Below, piece by piece: positions 19,293-28,039 of a DNA stretch of 64,000 nucleotides. The number at the start of each line of letters is the position of its first letter. The first letter of the stretch is position 1. Source of the stretch: Candidatus Melainabacteria bacterium 17Bon1m. GTDB lineage: Bacteria > Cyanobacteriota > Vampirovibrionia > Obscuribacterales > Obscuribacteraceae. The translations under genes and the position numbers were made by a program. The notes below the pieces were generated by a model. It was not told the DNA's origin. It worked only from the letters and a program-made list of their open reading frames with translations, and did not search any database. The stretch is taken from positions 32,001 through 96,000 of the forward strand of contig JAVLKG010000005.1 in the NCBI GenBank assembly GCA_032128875.1, written 5' to 3'.

Positions 19293-20309
19293 ATGCTTAT
19301 CTATCGAAAAATAGTCTCTTTGTTTGCTGTTTCGTACAGATTCTCTTTGCTCAAACTCCATTCGCCATTTAGAACTGCTGCTGCGTCTTTGTTTCTGCTG
19401 CCCGCTGTTTCGTTGATGGGCTGCCAATCTCAGGACGTCCGAGCGTCGAATGCGAAGCCCTTGCCCATGCCCACTGCTGCAAAGGGAGAGGTAGTGGTTA
19501 AGCTTGAGCCGTCTCGGTTAAAGCGCGAAGGACAGTTGAAAATCGGCAAAGGCTGGTTTGGTGCGCCGACATTCGATCAAAAGGAAGAACAACTAGTCAG
19601 CGGCAATGTGACAGTGAATGGCGAGAAATTCGCAATCGGAATTCCAAAAGATGGACCGTATGAACTGAAAGCTGATGAGGACGAGTACAAGAATTCTTCT
19701 ATGCGTATCAGCGTCGACGCGAACAATGATGGGCGCTTGCCGGATCACGAGTCTTGGTTCTCCTCTAATCCATTCCGTATAGGAGACAGTATGTTTACCG
19801 TCAGTGCTGTTGATCCGGGCGGCACCTGGATAACTTTGGCTAAATCGAGTGTTCCACTGGCTGGAGTGGTGCTTGGGCGGCGATGCCCTGATTTTGAGCT
19901 TTGGACCACCACCGGCAAGAAGGTGACGCTCGCCGACTACAAAGGCAAGCACCTTTTGCTTGATGTCTGGAGTATGACCTGACATAGCTGTATAGAAGAG
20001 TTTCCCTCCGTGAAAGGGATACAAAAAAAATATGGTCAAGACAAGCTTCAGGTTCTGCTTTTGAGCGTTGACTCCGGCTATGGCATTAACCCGCAGCGGG
20101 CTATGGAAAGCGACTTGAAGACGATGACCAAGCAAGGCGTACAGGACTGGCCTAATGTCGTACTGCCGAACGGAATGAAAGACACAGAGCGCATGTTCAA
20201 CTTAGATGGATATGGACTGACTCTTGTTGATCCGAATGGCATTGTGCGAGGCATCCATATCTATGGAGATGACGTGACTGAGTTGCTGGAGAAGGGTTTC
20301 GGCAAATAG
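19293..20309 (+). CDS. Probable selenocysteine-containing TlpA/AhpC-TSA-like redoxin lipoprotein (UxxC)
   Basis: ORFs 19293-19982 and 20010-20309 are in the same frame. Reading through TGA 19980-19982 gives PDFEL...TLADYKGKHLLLDVWSMT-U-HSCIEEFP...VLLLSVD...TLVDPNGIVR. Lipobox-like SLMGC near the N-terminus. Start uncertain. Confidence 0.8.
19989..20023 (+). promoter_or_regulatory. Candidate bacterial SECIS hairpin
   Basis: Upper stem TCCCT(20003-07)/AGGGA(20015-19) with loop CCGTGAA containing GT; lower stem TGTA/TACA. The loop starts 25 nt after the UGA. Confidence 0.5.
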
Positions 20310-20525
20310 GCGTTTTCTTTGCGATTTAATCTTTCTGTTCTGTTAGCGGAAAACCTCATCATCTCTGCTAAGTCGTCGGTTTATACGCGAATTCGCTAAA
20401 CCGTATTTGCGAATTTCAATCCTTGACGGACCGCCTTACTATCTAAGCGTCGGACAGCGCAGAGGCGCGGACGACGGAGAGAAGATAGGCAGACTATAGA
20501 CAGAGCCCTGTAGAGGACCGTTAGG

Positions 20526-22124
20526 ATGGAACCGGCAAGACAAATGAACAACCTGCGGTCATTTCAAGCCGGTGCGGCTGCGCGGTCCACTTCAACGTCA
20601 CCGGCGTCGCTCTCTCAGCACAAACAATTGAAGAGAATGCGTCTCGGTCAATTGTTGATTGAATCGCAACTAGTGAGCGGAGAACATCTTCACGAGGCGC
20701 TGACCATCTCCGCACATACCGGCGAAAAGATGGGCAAAGTACTTTCTTCTCTGCAGTATATCAACGAGAAGGACATGCAATCGGCGCTCTTGGCTCAGTC
20801 TCTGGTTGGTGAAGGCATTCTTGATGAGCGCACTGCAGTGGCCGCACTGAAAAAGGCTGTTGAAGCAGGTCTATCGCTGGCGGAAGTACTCGATGAATCT
20901 GCGCCTGAAAAGGCTGCTGTTGAGAGAGTTCTTGAATTGGAACAGCTTGTCGTCCGCGCAAATCTCGTTAGTCAGCAAGCTTTCGAGTTGGCGCTCGATA
21001 AGTCTAGAAGCGAAGGAGTTCCATTCGGTCGCGCCCTCATTCTTACCAACGGCATCGCTTTCTCGCTTTTGAGCAGCGCATTGGAAGCTGTTTCGCAAGT
21101 GCGCAATGGCGCCCTTGATGCTACCGATGCCGTGAAGGCCTTGAAAGACGTCAAAAAGAATCAGTACACTCTTGAAGATGCATTGCAAGGTCTCAAGATT
21201 TCGCCGAAGAGCTCCGTCAATCGAATCAAGCTGGGCGATTTACTTACCTCAGGTAAAGTTATTAGCGAGAGAGATAATCTCGTAGCGGTTGAACGCTCGC
21301 TTATCGAAAGACGGATGCTCGGTGAAATTTTGGTTGCGTCGGGTCTCGTTCCGAGTGGTGTTCTGAACGACACCCTGGCGGTTCAAGATATGGTTCTCAA
21401 AGGTGTGATTTCCATCGAAGCGGCAGCGAAGGCAGTACGCATGATGAAAGACGAACGTATTAGTCTTCAGCGAGCGGCAGCGATTTTAAAGCTATTCGCT
21501 GATGATCCAGATGCCGATGAAGCTATCGCTCTTCTTATCAAAGCCAATCTCGTCAATTCTGATTTGTACTCACGTGCCGTTCGCATGCAAATGCAACACC
21601 GCATGGGACCGCTGAAGGCGCTCGTTGCTTCTCAACTCCTTTCTCCTGTCACACATAAAGCTGCTGTCAGCGCATTTAGAATGGTTGCCGACGGCGATGT
21701 GACCGAGGCTGAAGCAGTAGTTTGCTTGCAGACCGTTGATAGAAAGCGCTGCACGCTCATTGAAGCTCTTTCTGAAATTCGTGGCGAGTCCAGAAGAAAA
21801 GCTCCAGTTGAAGAACATAGCGATGAGGTCAAAGCTCTTTTCGAGCAAAAGAAAGCCCAGTGCAGAGCCGAGCGCCGTTCTGTCAGCATGCGCGTGATCG
21901 TTGCAATCATGGCAGTCGTCGGTGTCCTGTGTCTGATCGTTCAACTGACGGTTCCCCAAGATTGGCACATCCCTGCTATGGCAATGGTGGGATTGATTGG
22001 TTCGATTGGTGTTTTTGTTGTCGGCAAAGCCGGCACCCGTGGCGATGAACTGGCAGAGCAAGCAGTTTTGAAAGAAGCGGAGAACGCAAGAGGAATGATT
22101 AATCGCTTTAGAACAAGAAGATAA
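20526..22124 (+). CDS. MshEN-like repeat protein with C-terminal membrane anchor
   Basis: RLGQLLIESQLVS, KLGDLLTSGKVIS and MLGEILVASGLVP repeats; two C-terminal hydrophobic helices. Confidence 0.82.
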   Translation: MEPARQMNNLRSFQAGAAARSTSTSPASLSQHKQLKRMRLGQLLIESQLVSGEHLHEALTISAHTGEKMGKVLSSLQYINEKDMQSALLAQSLVGEGILDERTAVAALKKAVEAGLSLAEVLDESAPEKAAVERVLELEQLVVRANLVSQQAFELALDKSRSEGVPFGRALILTNGIAFSLLSSALEAVSQVRNGALDATDAVKALKDVKKNQYTLEDALQGLKISPKSSVNRIKLGDLLTSGKVISERDNLVAVERSLIERRMLGEILVASGLVPSGVLNDTLAVQDMVLKGVISIEAAAKAVRMMKDERISLQRAAAILKLFADDPDADEAIALLIKANLVNSDLYSRAVRMQMQHRMGPLKALVASQLLSPVTHKAAVSAFRMVADGDVTEAEAVVCLQTVDRKRCTLIEALSEIRGESRRKAPVEEHSDEVKALFEQKKAQCRAERRSVSMRVIVAIMAVVGVLCLIVQLTVPQDWHIPAMAMVGLIGSIGVFVVGKAGTRGDELAEQAVLKEAENARGMINRFRTRR

Positions 22125-22305
22125 ATCGAGAAAAACATAGGTTTTCTTACCTGATTCGGGCGGAAACTGGTAAGGGCGTCAGAGGCTGAAGCGCAAGTCA
22201 GCCTCTTTACGCTTTTTGTATTTGAATTATTAATCGGTGCGGACGGTATAGAATAACTAAGACTTACCGAAGTGTTCCCGATGGCTCGTCGTTTTGGAGT
22301 GAACT

Positions 22306-22986
22306 ATGAAGCTGAACTTTGTGTTTTCGATTTCTTTGTCTTTTGCGGTGTGCGCCTGCATCTCGACGCTGCCTGGCAGAGCCGATGAGTATTCGATTGC
22401 CGTGTCGAAGTACAACGCAGGCAATTTCGCTGAAGCCCAGCAGCACTTCACCAAAGCTGCACAAAGCCAGCCGAAATCATGGAAAGTTCAATACCAGCTT
22501 GCCAACACCCAATTGCAACTTAAGCAAATCGATAAAGCGAAGAAGAGCTATCAGAAATGTATTTCGCTCAATCCGCCCGCCGACACCAGAGCGCAATGCG
22601 AACGAGCAATCAGTTATTTGAACAACCCGCCTCAGCCTGCGGCGCCTGCTCCGTATAGACCATCGCTGTATCAACGAACATCTTCCTCAACGTCAAGTGC
22701 CAGTGACGCTGGTAGTTCCGCAGTGTCAGCTGCGGATCGTGACAAGGAGGCTGCCCGTGCTCGCATTACCCGTGAGGCCGAGGCTGAGATTGCGAAGATG
22801 AAAGCGGAGGAAGAAGAACATTTGAAAGCCGCACAAGCCAATACTAACCGTTCATGGATTCATTCCGATGGAACAATCCAGACTCACTTGAGCGAATCAG
22901 AAGAAGCCGAATTCAAGAAAGAAGTCGCAAGAAAAGAAGCTGCTATCCGGGAAAGAATGCAGCGGCAGCTGAACTCAGTCAGGTAG
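22306..22986 (+). CDS. Secreted TPR protein with charged helical tail
   Basis: Signal peptide, TPR pair, Pro/Ser linker. Confidence 0.8.
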   Translation: MKLNFVFSISLSFAVCACISTLPGRADEYSIAVSKYNAGNFAEAQQHFTKAAQSQPKSWKVQYQLANTQLQLKQIDKAKKSYQKCISLNPPADTRAQCERAISYLNNPPQPAAPAPYRPSLYQRTSSSTSSASDAGSSAVSAADRDKEAARARITREAEAEIAKMKAEEEEHLKAAQANTNRSWIHSDGTIQTHLSESEEAEFKKEVARKEAAIRERMQRQLNSVR

Positions 22987-22988
22987 TT

Positions 22989-23603
22989 TTAGTTGACCGC
23001 TTGCTGCGCCTGCTCTGCATACGCCAGCAAATTGGTGGCTTGCTCTTCGCGATGCGTGGAGCTAAGCAAAGCAGCGTATCCATTGATAATTTGCAGTGCT
23101 GCTTTTGGATTGTCGTTCATCGTTTTGATTGACGCCGACATTGCCTTTTCGTAAAAAGGCTCAGCTTGCGCAAATTTTTGCTGCGCGTGGAAAATGTATG
23201 CCATATACGACATCAGGCGCACTGTTTCGTCGTGAGTAGGTCCGTGGTTGGTTTCGTAAATCTTCAAGCAGGATTGAGCGAATGGCTCCGCTTTTGCGTA
23301 TTCGCCCTTCGCATAATACATCTCCGCCAGCAAAACCAGAGTTGTTGCCGTTCTTATGCTGTTTCCGCCGTACTTGCGCTGTTGAATATCCGCAAGTCCA
23401 AGCATCAGAGGCTCGGCGTCCTCATACTTAGTCATGTCCATCAAGCAGCGCGATAAGATCTCCGCTGTTTCAATCATTTCCTCAGACTCGCCACCGAAAA
23501 TTTCAGCTTCTTTCAGCGCTTCCCATAGCTGGTATTCCGCGTTTGGGTAGTCGTATTTTGCCAGCGCGGATTGTCCCGCCGTCAAACGTTCTTTCCATGC
23601 CAT
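22989..23603 (-). CDS. TPR (kinesin-light-chain-type) repeat protein
   Basis: LAEMYYAKGEYAKAEP and AYIFHAQQKFAQAEPFYEKA repeats. Confidence 0.85.
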   Translation of the reverse strand: MAWKERLTAGQSALAKYDYPNAEYQLWEALKEAEIFGGESEEMIETAEILSRCLMDMTKYEDAEPLMLGLADIQQRKYGGNSIRTATTLVLLAEMYYAKGEYAKAEPFAQSCLKIYETNHGPTHDETVRLMSYMAYIFHAQQKFAQAEPFYEKAMSASIKTMNDNPKAALQIINGYAALLSSTHREEQATNLLAYAEQAQQAVN

Positions 23604-23948
23604 CTCTTGATACCTGAATTGAGAGAAATTCTTTGCTGCGCCCAAAAGCGACAGAACTCCTCTTTAACTTATGTACCACGTAAGAGAAAAAGCCGAAATT
23701 CCCCTTTTAGGGGAAGTTTTCAGGTTCTTCACCAATGGACGGTTCACGTAAACATTGCCTTTGCGGAAAAACGACAGTGGTTTGGGTGCCTATCTGGAAA
23801 ACTTTCTTGAGTCACTAGAAGTGCGATCTGGCCTTGCCGTCCTTCGATTTTGCATAGGCCCAAATGTGGCGCTATGGCTGCCAATTTTGGTTGCGAAGTG
23901 CCAATTTTTGAGTTTCAATATGGTTGGACGCATTGGAGGCGTCGACCT

Positions 23949-24224
23949 ATGAAACCCGAAACTATGCGTCAAATTCGCAACATCTTGCTTAGAACATTTG
24001 CCGTGACATTTGTTCTAAATCTACTGATGGCAGCAGCAACTTTTGGACTTTGGGATACGTGGACCTCAATTACAGGCCAGTGGTTCCACACATCTCCACA
24101 GTCGCTTGGTCCGCAAATGGTCAGTTTCTTCACCACGATCAAATTCTTCGCTTTATTCGTGCTCCTGGGACCTGCTCTTGCCTTGCATTGGACTCTCAAA
24201 GCAGAAGCCAAAGCAGGTATCTGA
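23949..24224 (+). CDS. Small two-TM membrane protein (DUF6868-like)
   Basis: GGAGG RBS; two hydrophobic helices ending K..LF..GPALAL. Family name recalled from memory. Confidence 0.65.
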   Translation: MKPETMRQIRNILLRTFAVTFVLNLLMAAATFGLWDTWTSITGQWFHTSPQSLGPQMVSFFTTIKFFALFVLLGPALALHWTLKAEAKAGI

Positions 24225-24315
24225 CCTTTGGGGTGGTCTCTTTACGCTCATCGCACAGGGATTGACCATTGAGCCTCTGGTCAAGCGCTTGCGCATCCAG
24301 AAGACAGAAGACTAA
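24221..24315 (+). pseudogene. 3' remnant of a CPA1/NhaP-type Na+/H+ antiporter gene
   Basis: Restoring one base near 24239 gives LTFGVV(L)FTLIAQGLTIEPLVKRLRIQKTED*, matching the last TM helix of CPA1 antiporters. Confidence 0.65.
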
Positions 24316-24406
24316 GACTCGCTAAGCAGCGCAACGGCAGGTTCGATCGATGCGCTCGACGCTAGATTTCGGCCTTGTTGTTATATCATCGAGAAAATAG
24401 CTTTCT

Positions 24407-24844
24407 TCATCTGACGATAAGCACAGAGCAGCGAGCATTCCGAACAATTTTCTCTGCGCTGGTTCCTAAGAGAGCACCCCAGATACTTGAATGTCCTGTG
24501 TCGCCGATAACCAGCATGTCCATGCTGTTCTTTTTCACAAAATCAGTCATTGCAGCAGTTGAAGAACCTGGAGTGATCTCTGTGAAGGTTTTTACGCCGG
24601 CTTTTTCAGCAAGGGTTCTGGCTTTTATTTGAGCTCGCTCCAGTCTTTCCCTGGAAGTTTTGTCGGCGGCCAATACCTCGCTTGCACTATAAGAGGCATC
24701 CACCGACTCCTGAATGGACACTATGTGTAACTCAGCTTCTTTAGCTGCTGCTTGTTTGACTGCTTCTTCCAGCGCTTTCCATGAGCTATCGGAACCGTCG
24801 AGGCCAACTGCGATTTTGTAGATTTTGCTGCGCTCTTCTGCCAT
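24407..24844 (-). CDS. Universal stress protein (UspA family)
   Basis: KIAVGLDGS; DMLVIGDTGHSSIWGALLGTSAEKIVRNARCSVLIVR. Confidence 0.93.
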   Translation of the reverse strand: MAEERSKIYKIAVGLDGSDSSWKALEEAVKQAAAKEAELHIVSIQESVDASYSASEVLAADKTSRERLERAQIKARTLAEKAGVKTFTEITPGSSTAAMTDFVKKNSMDMLVIGDTGHSSIWGALLGTSAEKIVRNARCSVLIVR

Positions 24845-26488
24845 TTACTTTGCATCCGATGATTCTTGAACACGCCTTTCAGTTTCCCACAAATCTATCG
24901 CTTCAAGCGCTTTTTCGAAACGCTCGAAGCAATTTCCCATGTCAATTTTTGCTCCAATATCATTTAGGGTTTTTCTTATGTGTGGACTTATCCCGACAAA
25001 GAGCACCTTAATTCCTTTTGCTTGCCATTTCTCAATTGCGGTCTCCAAGGCAAAAGCACCGGTTTGATCTACCAATGGCACGTTTAAGAAGCTCAAGATT
25101 ACATATTTGGCGGCGCCCATATTCTCCACAGATTCTGTGAGATTTTTCGCTTCTCCAAAGAATAAAGGACCGTTCAAAACATAAGAGTAAGTAGTTTTGC
25201 GCACACTTTCAGGAATATGCAATGTCACTTCTTTGAGTTCCTCGAGAGTTTCAAGATCGCCAAATGACGAGACTCTCGCGTCAGCCAATTGTTTGACGAA
25301 AAGCACTGATGCAACTGCAACTCCCACTAGAACGGCAATAATTAGATCGACGAAAATTGTTAAAGAAAGAACCATAAGCATCACGGTCATGTCTGCTTTT
25401 GGCGTTCGTTGTAGACTGCGTAAAACACGCCAGTCCATGATGCTCAAACCTACGGTAGTAAGTATGGCTGCCAGCGCACAAAGCGGTATTTCGGCTGCTA
25501 TTTTAGTGAAATAAATCAGTACAAGCAAAAGAAAGCCGCCGTGCAAAATACCCGAAAGCGCAGTCGTTCCGCCCGATTTCACGTTGACCATAGAGCGCAT
25601 CGTAGCGCCGGCTCCTGGCAGTCCGCCAATGAGCCCAGACATCATGTTTCCAACTCCTTGCCCGATCAGTTCACGATTACTATCATGTTTTCTGCCAGTT
25701 ACCTTGTCCAAAACAATAGAAGTCAAAAGAGAATCAATTGCGCCTAGAAATGCCAATGTGAGCCCATTTTGCAAGACAAGGTGGACGTCGGCAAAATTGA
25801 AATTGGGCAGCTTGGGCTGCGGAAATGCTGCAGGGATACTTCCTATTTTCGGAACGTCGAGTTGAAAAAAATGAGTCAATACTGTCGCTGCCACCAGTGC
25901 TACCAATGAAGCTGGAATTTTTTTATAGACAAAGGGCAACAAATAAATCAGCGCCAGGCTTACGGCACTGATCAGCACGGCATCTCGATTCCACGATGTC
26001 GGTAGCGCGCTTAATGACGCAAGTGCGTCAACCACACTTCCTGAGGCTTGCATTCCAAAGAGGGGCGCAATTTCTACGCAAATTATTATCGCGCCAATGC
26101 CTGTCATAAAGCCCGAGATGACCGGGTAAGGCATATACCCGATGAGCTGCCCGGCTTTGACATAACCCATAACAATTTGAATAATGCCGCCAACGATTGC
26201 AGAGGCAAATACAAGATCAGCTCTGCCTGACGACGATGCAAATATGGACGCAGCAACGACAGTCATCGGCCCCGTGGGTCCGGAACACTGGCCAGGTGTT
26301 CCTCCGAACAGCGCGGCAAAAATGCCACAGGCTATGGATCCATACAACCCGGCAACCGCGCCCAACCCAGAAGCAACCCCAAATGCCAGGCAAAGTGGCA
26401 GAGCAACGATTGCTGCCATCAACCCGCCCGAAAGATCGCCGAGTGGATTGGTGCGCAATGTGACTTTCAATGTGTTGTATGCATTCAT
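24845..26488 (-). CDS. SulP/SLC26 anion transporter with STAS domain (BicA/DauA-like)
   Basis: GDLSGGLMAAIVALPLCLAFG, SGPTGPMTVV, NRELIGQG, GPLFFG and VDQTG motifs. Confidence 0.93.
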   Translation of the reverse strand: MNAYNTLKVTLRTNPLGDLSGGLMAAIVALPLCLAFGVASGLGAVAGLYGSIACGIFAALFGGTPGQCSGPTGPMTVVAASIFASSSGRADLVFASAIVGGIIQIVMGYVKAGQLIGYMPYPVISGFMTGIGAIIICVEIAPLFGMQASGSVVDALASLSALPTSWNRDAVLISAVSLALIYLLPFVYKKIPASLVALVAATVLTHFFQLDVPKIGSIPAAFPQPKLPNFNFADVHLVLQNGLTLAFLGAIDSLLTSIVLDKVTGRKHDSNRELIGQGVGNMMSGLIGGLPGAGATMRSMVNVKSGGTTALSGILHGGFLLLVLIYFTKIAAEIPLCALAAILTTVGLSIMDWRVLRSLQRTPKADMTVMLMVLSLTIFVDLIIAVLVGVAVASVLFVKQLADARVSSFGDLETLEELKEVTLHIPESVRKTTYSYVLNGPLFFGEAKNLTESVENMGAAKYVILSFLNVPLVDQTGAFALETAIEKWQAKGIKVLFVGISPHIRKTLNDIGAKIDMGNCFERFEKALEAIDLWETERRVQESSDAK

Positions 26489-26580
26489 CAAATTTCCAGG
26501 AGGCCTTTCAAAGTAAGATACTTCATTCAGTTTGGAATGGGTCTTGCAGATTGCTTGCAAAAATAAACCAATTTCGTTTT

Positions 26581-26651
26581 TTGCACACTTCCACGCAGTG
26601 TGGAGAAAAATTGCACACTTCCACGCAGTGTGGAGAAAAATTGGACACTTC
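26581..26651. repeat. Intergenic 30-bp direct repeat (two full copies plus a partial third)
   Basis: TTGCACACTTCCACGCAGTGTGGAGAAAAA twice, then TTGGACACTTC. Confidence 0.9.
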
Positions 26652-26855
26652 GAACGAAACGTGCGTACTCGGCTTATTGAATGCGCTCTGGCAACGCATA
26701 TTGTTCAGGCGTTAGATTCTTTAGTGGCTAAAGTGTTAAATAGAGTTCCGTAAATGCAGCTGGAATTTATCGGACGAAGGAACAAGCACGAAATTACGAC
26801 GGTCAATGCGCCGGTAAATCTTTGGCTGGTGCATAATTGTTTTGAGGAGCAGGCA

Positions 26856-27995
26856 ATGTCCAACGAACCACAGCCGCAACCTTCAAATCACAAGCAGGAT
26901 AGCGCTCTTGAAGAAGAGCGCGCCAATTTGGCGTTTATGAAGCAGCAGCTCGAAGGTGCCAAAAGACAGCTCAAGGAAGCTACAAAAACACACGGGCAGT
27001 TTGACTCTATGTCGGAGTTGTTGGCGCTTCAGGAAGGAATGAGCCTGGAGGAAGCACGTGCTCGCGCGTTGGAATTCGAACAGAAATCATTCGGCATAGC
27101 ATTTGAAGATGGCAGAGTTGAAACGAGAAGGACGCGAGTAGAAGAGTGCGTCGCTGATCTGGAGGAAACACCAGCTTCTTCAAGCTCTGCGACAGCATCA
27201 GACCCAACGATAGCATCGCCCCTATCCACGCCTGCAGCCATGTCAGAAGTTGCAGAAACTTTTGCGACAGCCGCATCTCTCGATTTGCATCCAGAAGCCA
27301 TGCCGTGGCTTATGCGTGACGGCGTCTGTCTCTTTCGTGACTCTGAGCAACCTTTTGAAACTTTTGAAGACGAGCTCTTGGCGCTCACGACGCGCGTGGA
27401 TCAGTTCGCGTGGTTGCGCGTTTTCTCCTTTTTCCCTGAGCTGAACGGGCTTTCTGCAGAATTGATGCGAGCCTTTGTGCGAGGAAATTTGTGTGCATAT
27501 ACTCGCAACAAGTTGATAGATGACTATCTAGTTTCTACCGGGCAGCACTCCAGGCATGATGTTCCGCTAGGTTTTGCGCAGATAACTGCGGCACAAGTTC
27601 TTCAGTTGGAACAGCGGTTTCCTCAGCTTGCTGCATTCTTCGCCGGCGCTGGATATGTTGGAGCCGCGCACGAGAGCTTGGTTTTACTCGATCCTACGTG
27701 TGTGCCGATTTTGGTGGCGGCATACGTTGCATCGTTAGTTGCTGAGTTGAATGAACAAGGGATTGAAGTAAATGATTGGACGGTTGCATATGCGTTCCAT
27801 CCCGATGTCTACGCTCACTCCGATGGTGGAGAAGGTACGGTTTATGAGGTTCTCGAAGGTATAGATGTGAGTTTGTCCAAGGTCAAACATTGGGATCAGC
27901 ACCTAGAGTTTTACGCAGAAAACGATGCGATTATTTCCAATTCGCAGCAGGTGAAGAGGATTGTCGCGCAACTTGTTCATCTGGCGAATGCATGA
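26856..27995 (+). CDS. Hypothetical protein (acidic coiled-coil N-terminus, globular C-terminus)
   Basis: GAGGAG RBS before MSNEPQ; long ORF. Confidence 0.75.
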   Translation: MSNEPQPQPSNHKQDSALEEERANLAFMKQQLEGAKRQLKEATKTHGQFDSMSELLALQEGMSLEEARARALEFEQKSFGIAFEDGRVETRRTRVEECVADLEETPASSSSATASDPTIASPLSTPAAMSEVAETFATAASLDLHPEAMPWLMRDGVCLFRDSEQPFETFEDELLALTTRVDQFAWLRVFSFFPELNGLSAELMRAFVRGNLCAYTRNKLIDDYLVSTGQHSRHDVPLGFAQITAAQVLQLEQRFPQLAAFFAGAGYVGAAHESLVLLDPTCVPILVAAYVASLVAELNEQGIEVNDWTVAYAFHPDVYAHSDGGEGTVYEVLEGIDVSLSKVKHWDQHLEFYAENDAIISNSQQVKRIVAQLVHLANA

Positions 27996-28039
27996 GCGAT
28001 AGTGTGCAGTTCAAAGTGGCCCACTTTTAAGTTGTGTTT

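Noticed and set aside
19980-19982. Genome-wide UGA reassignment (code 4/25)
   Set aside because: TGA terminates other genes normally here (e.g. 44374, 45357, 46611), and Trp is encoded by TGG.
20010-20309. Independent 99-aa gene
   Set aside because: It is the in-frame C-terminal half of the redoxin fold and starts after the active-site motif.
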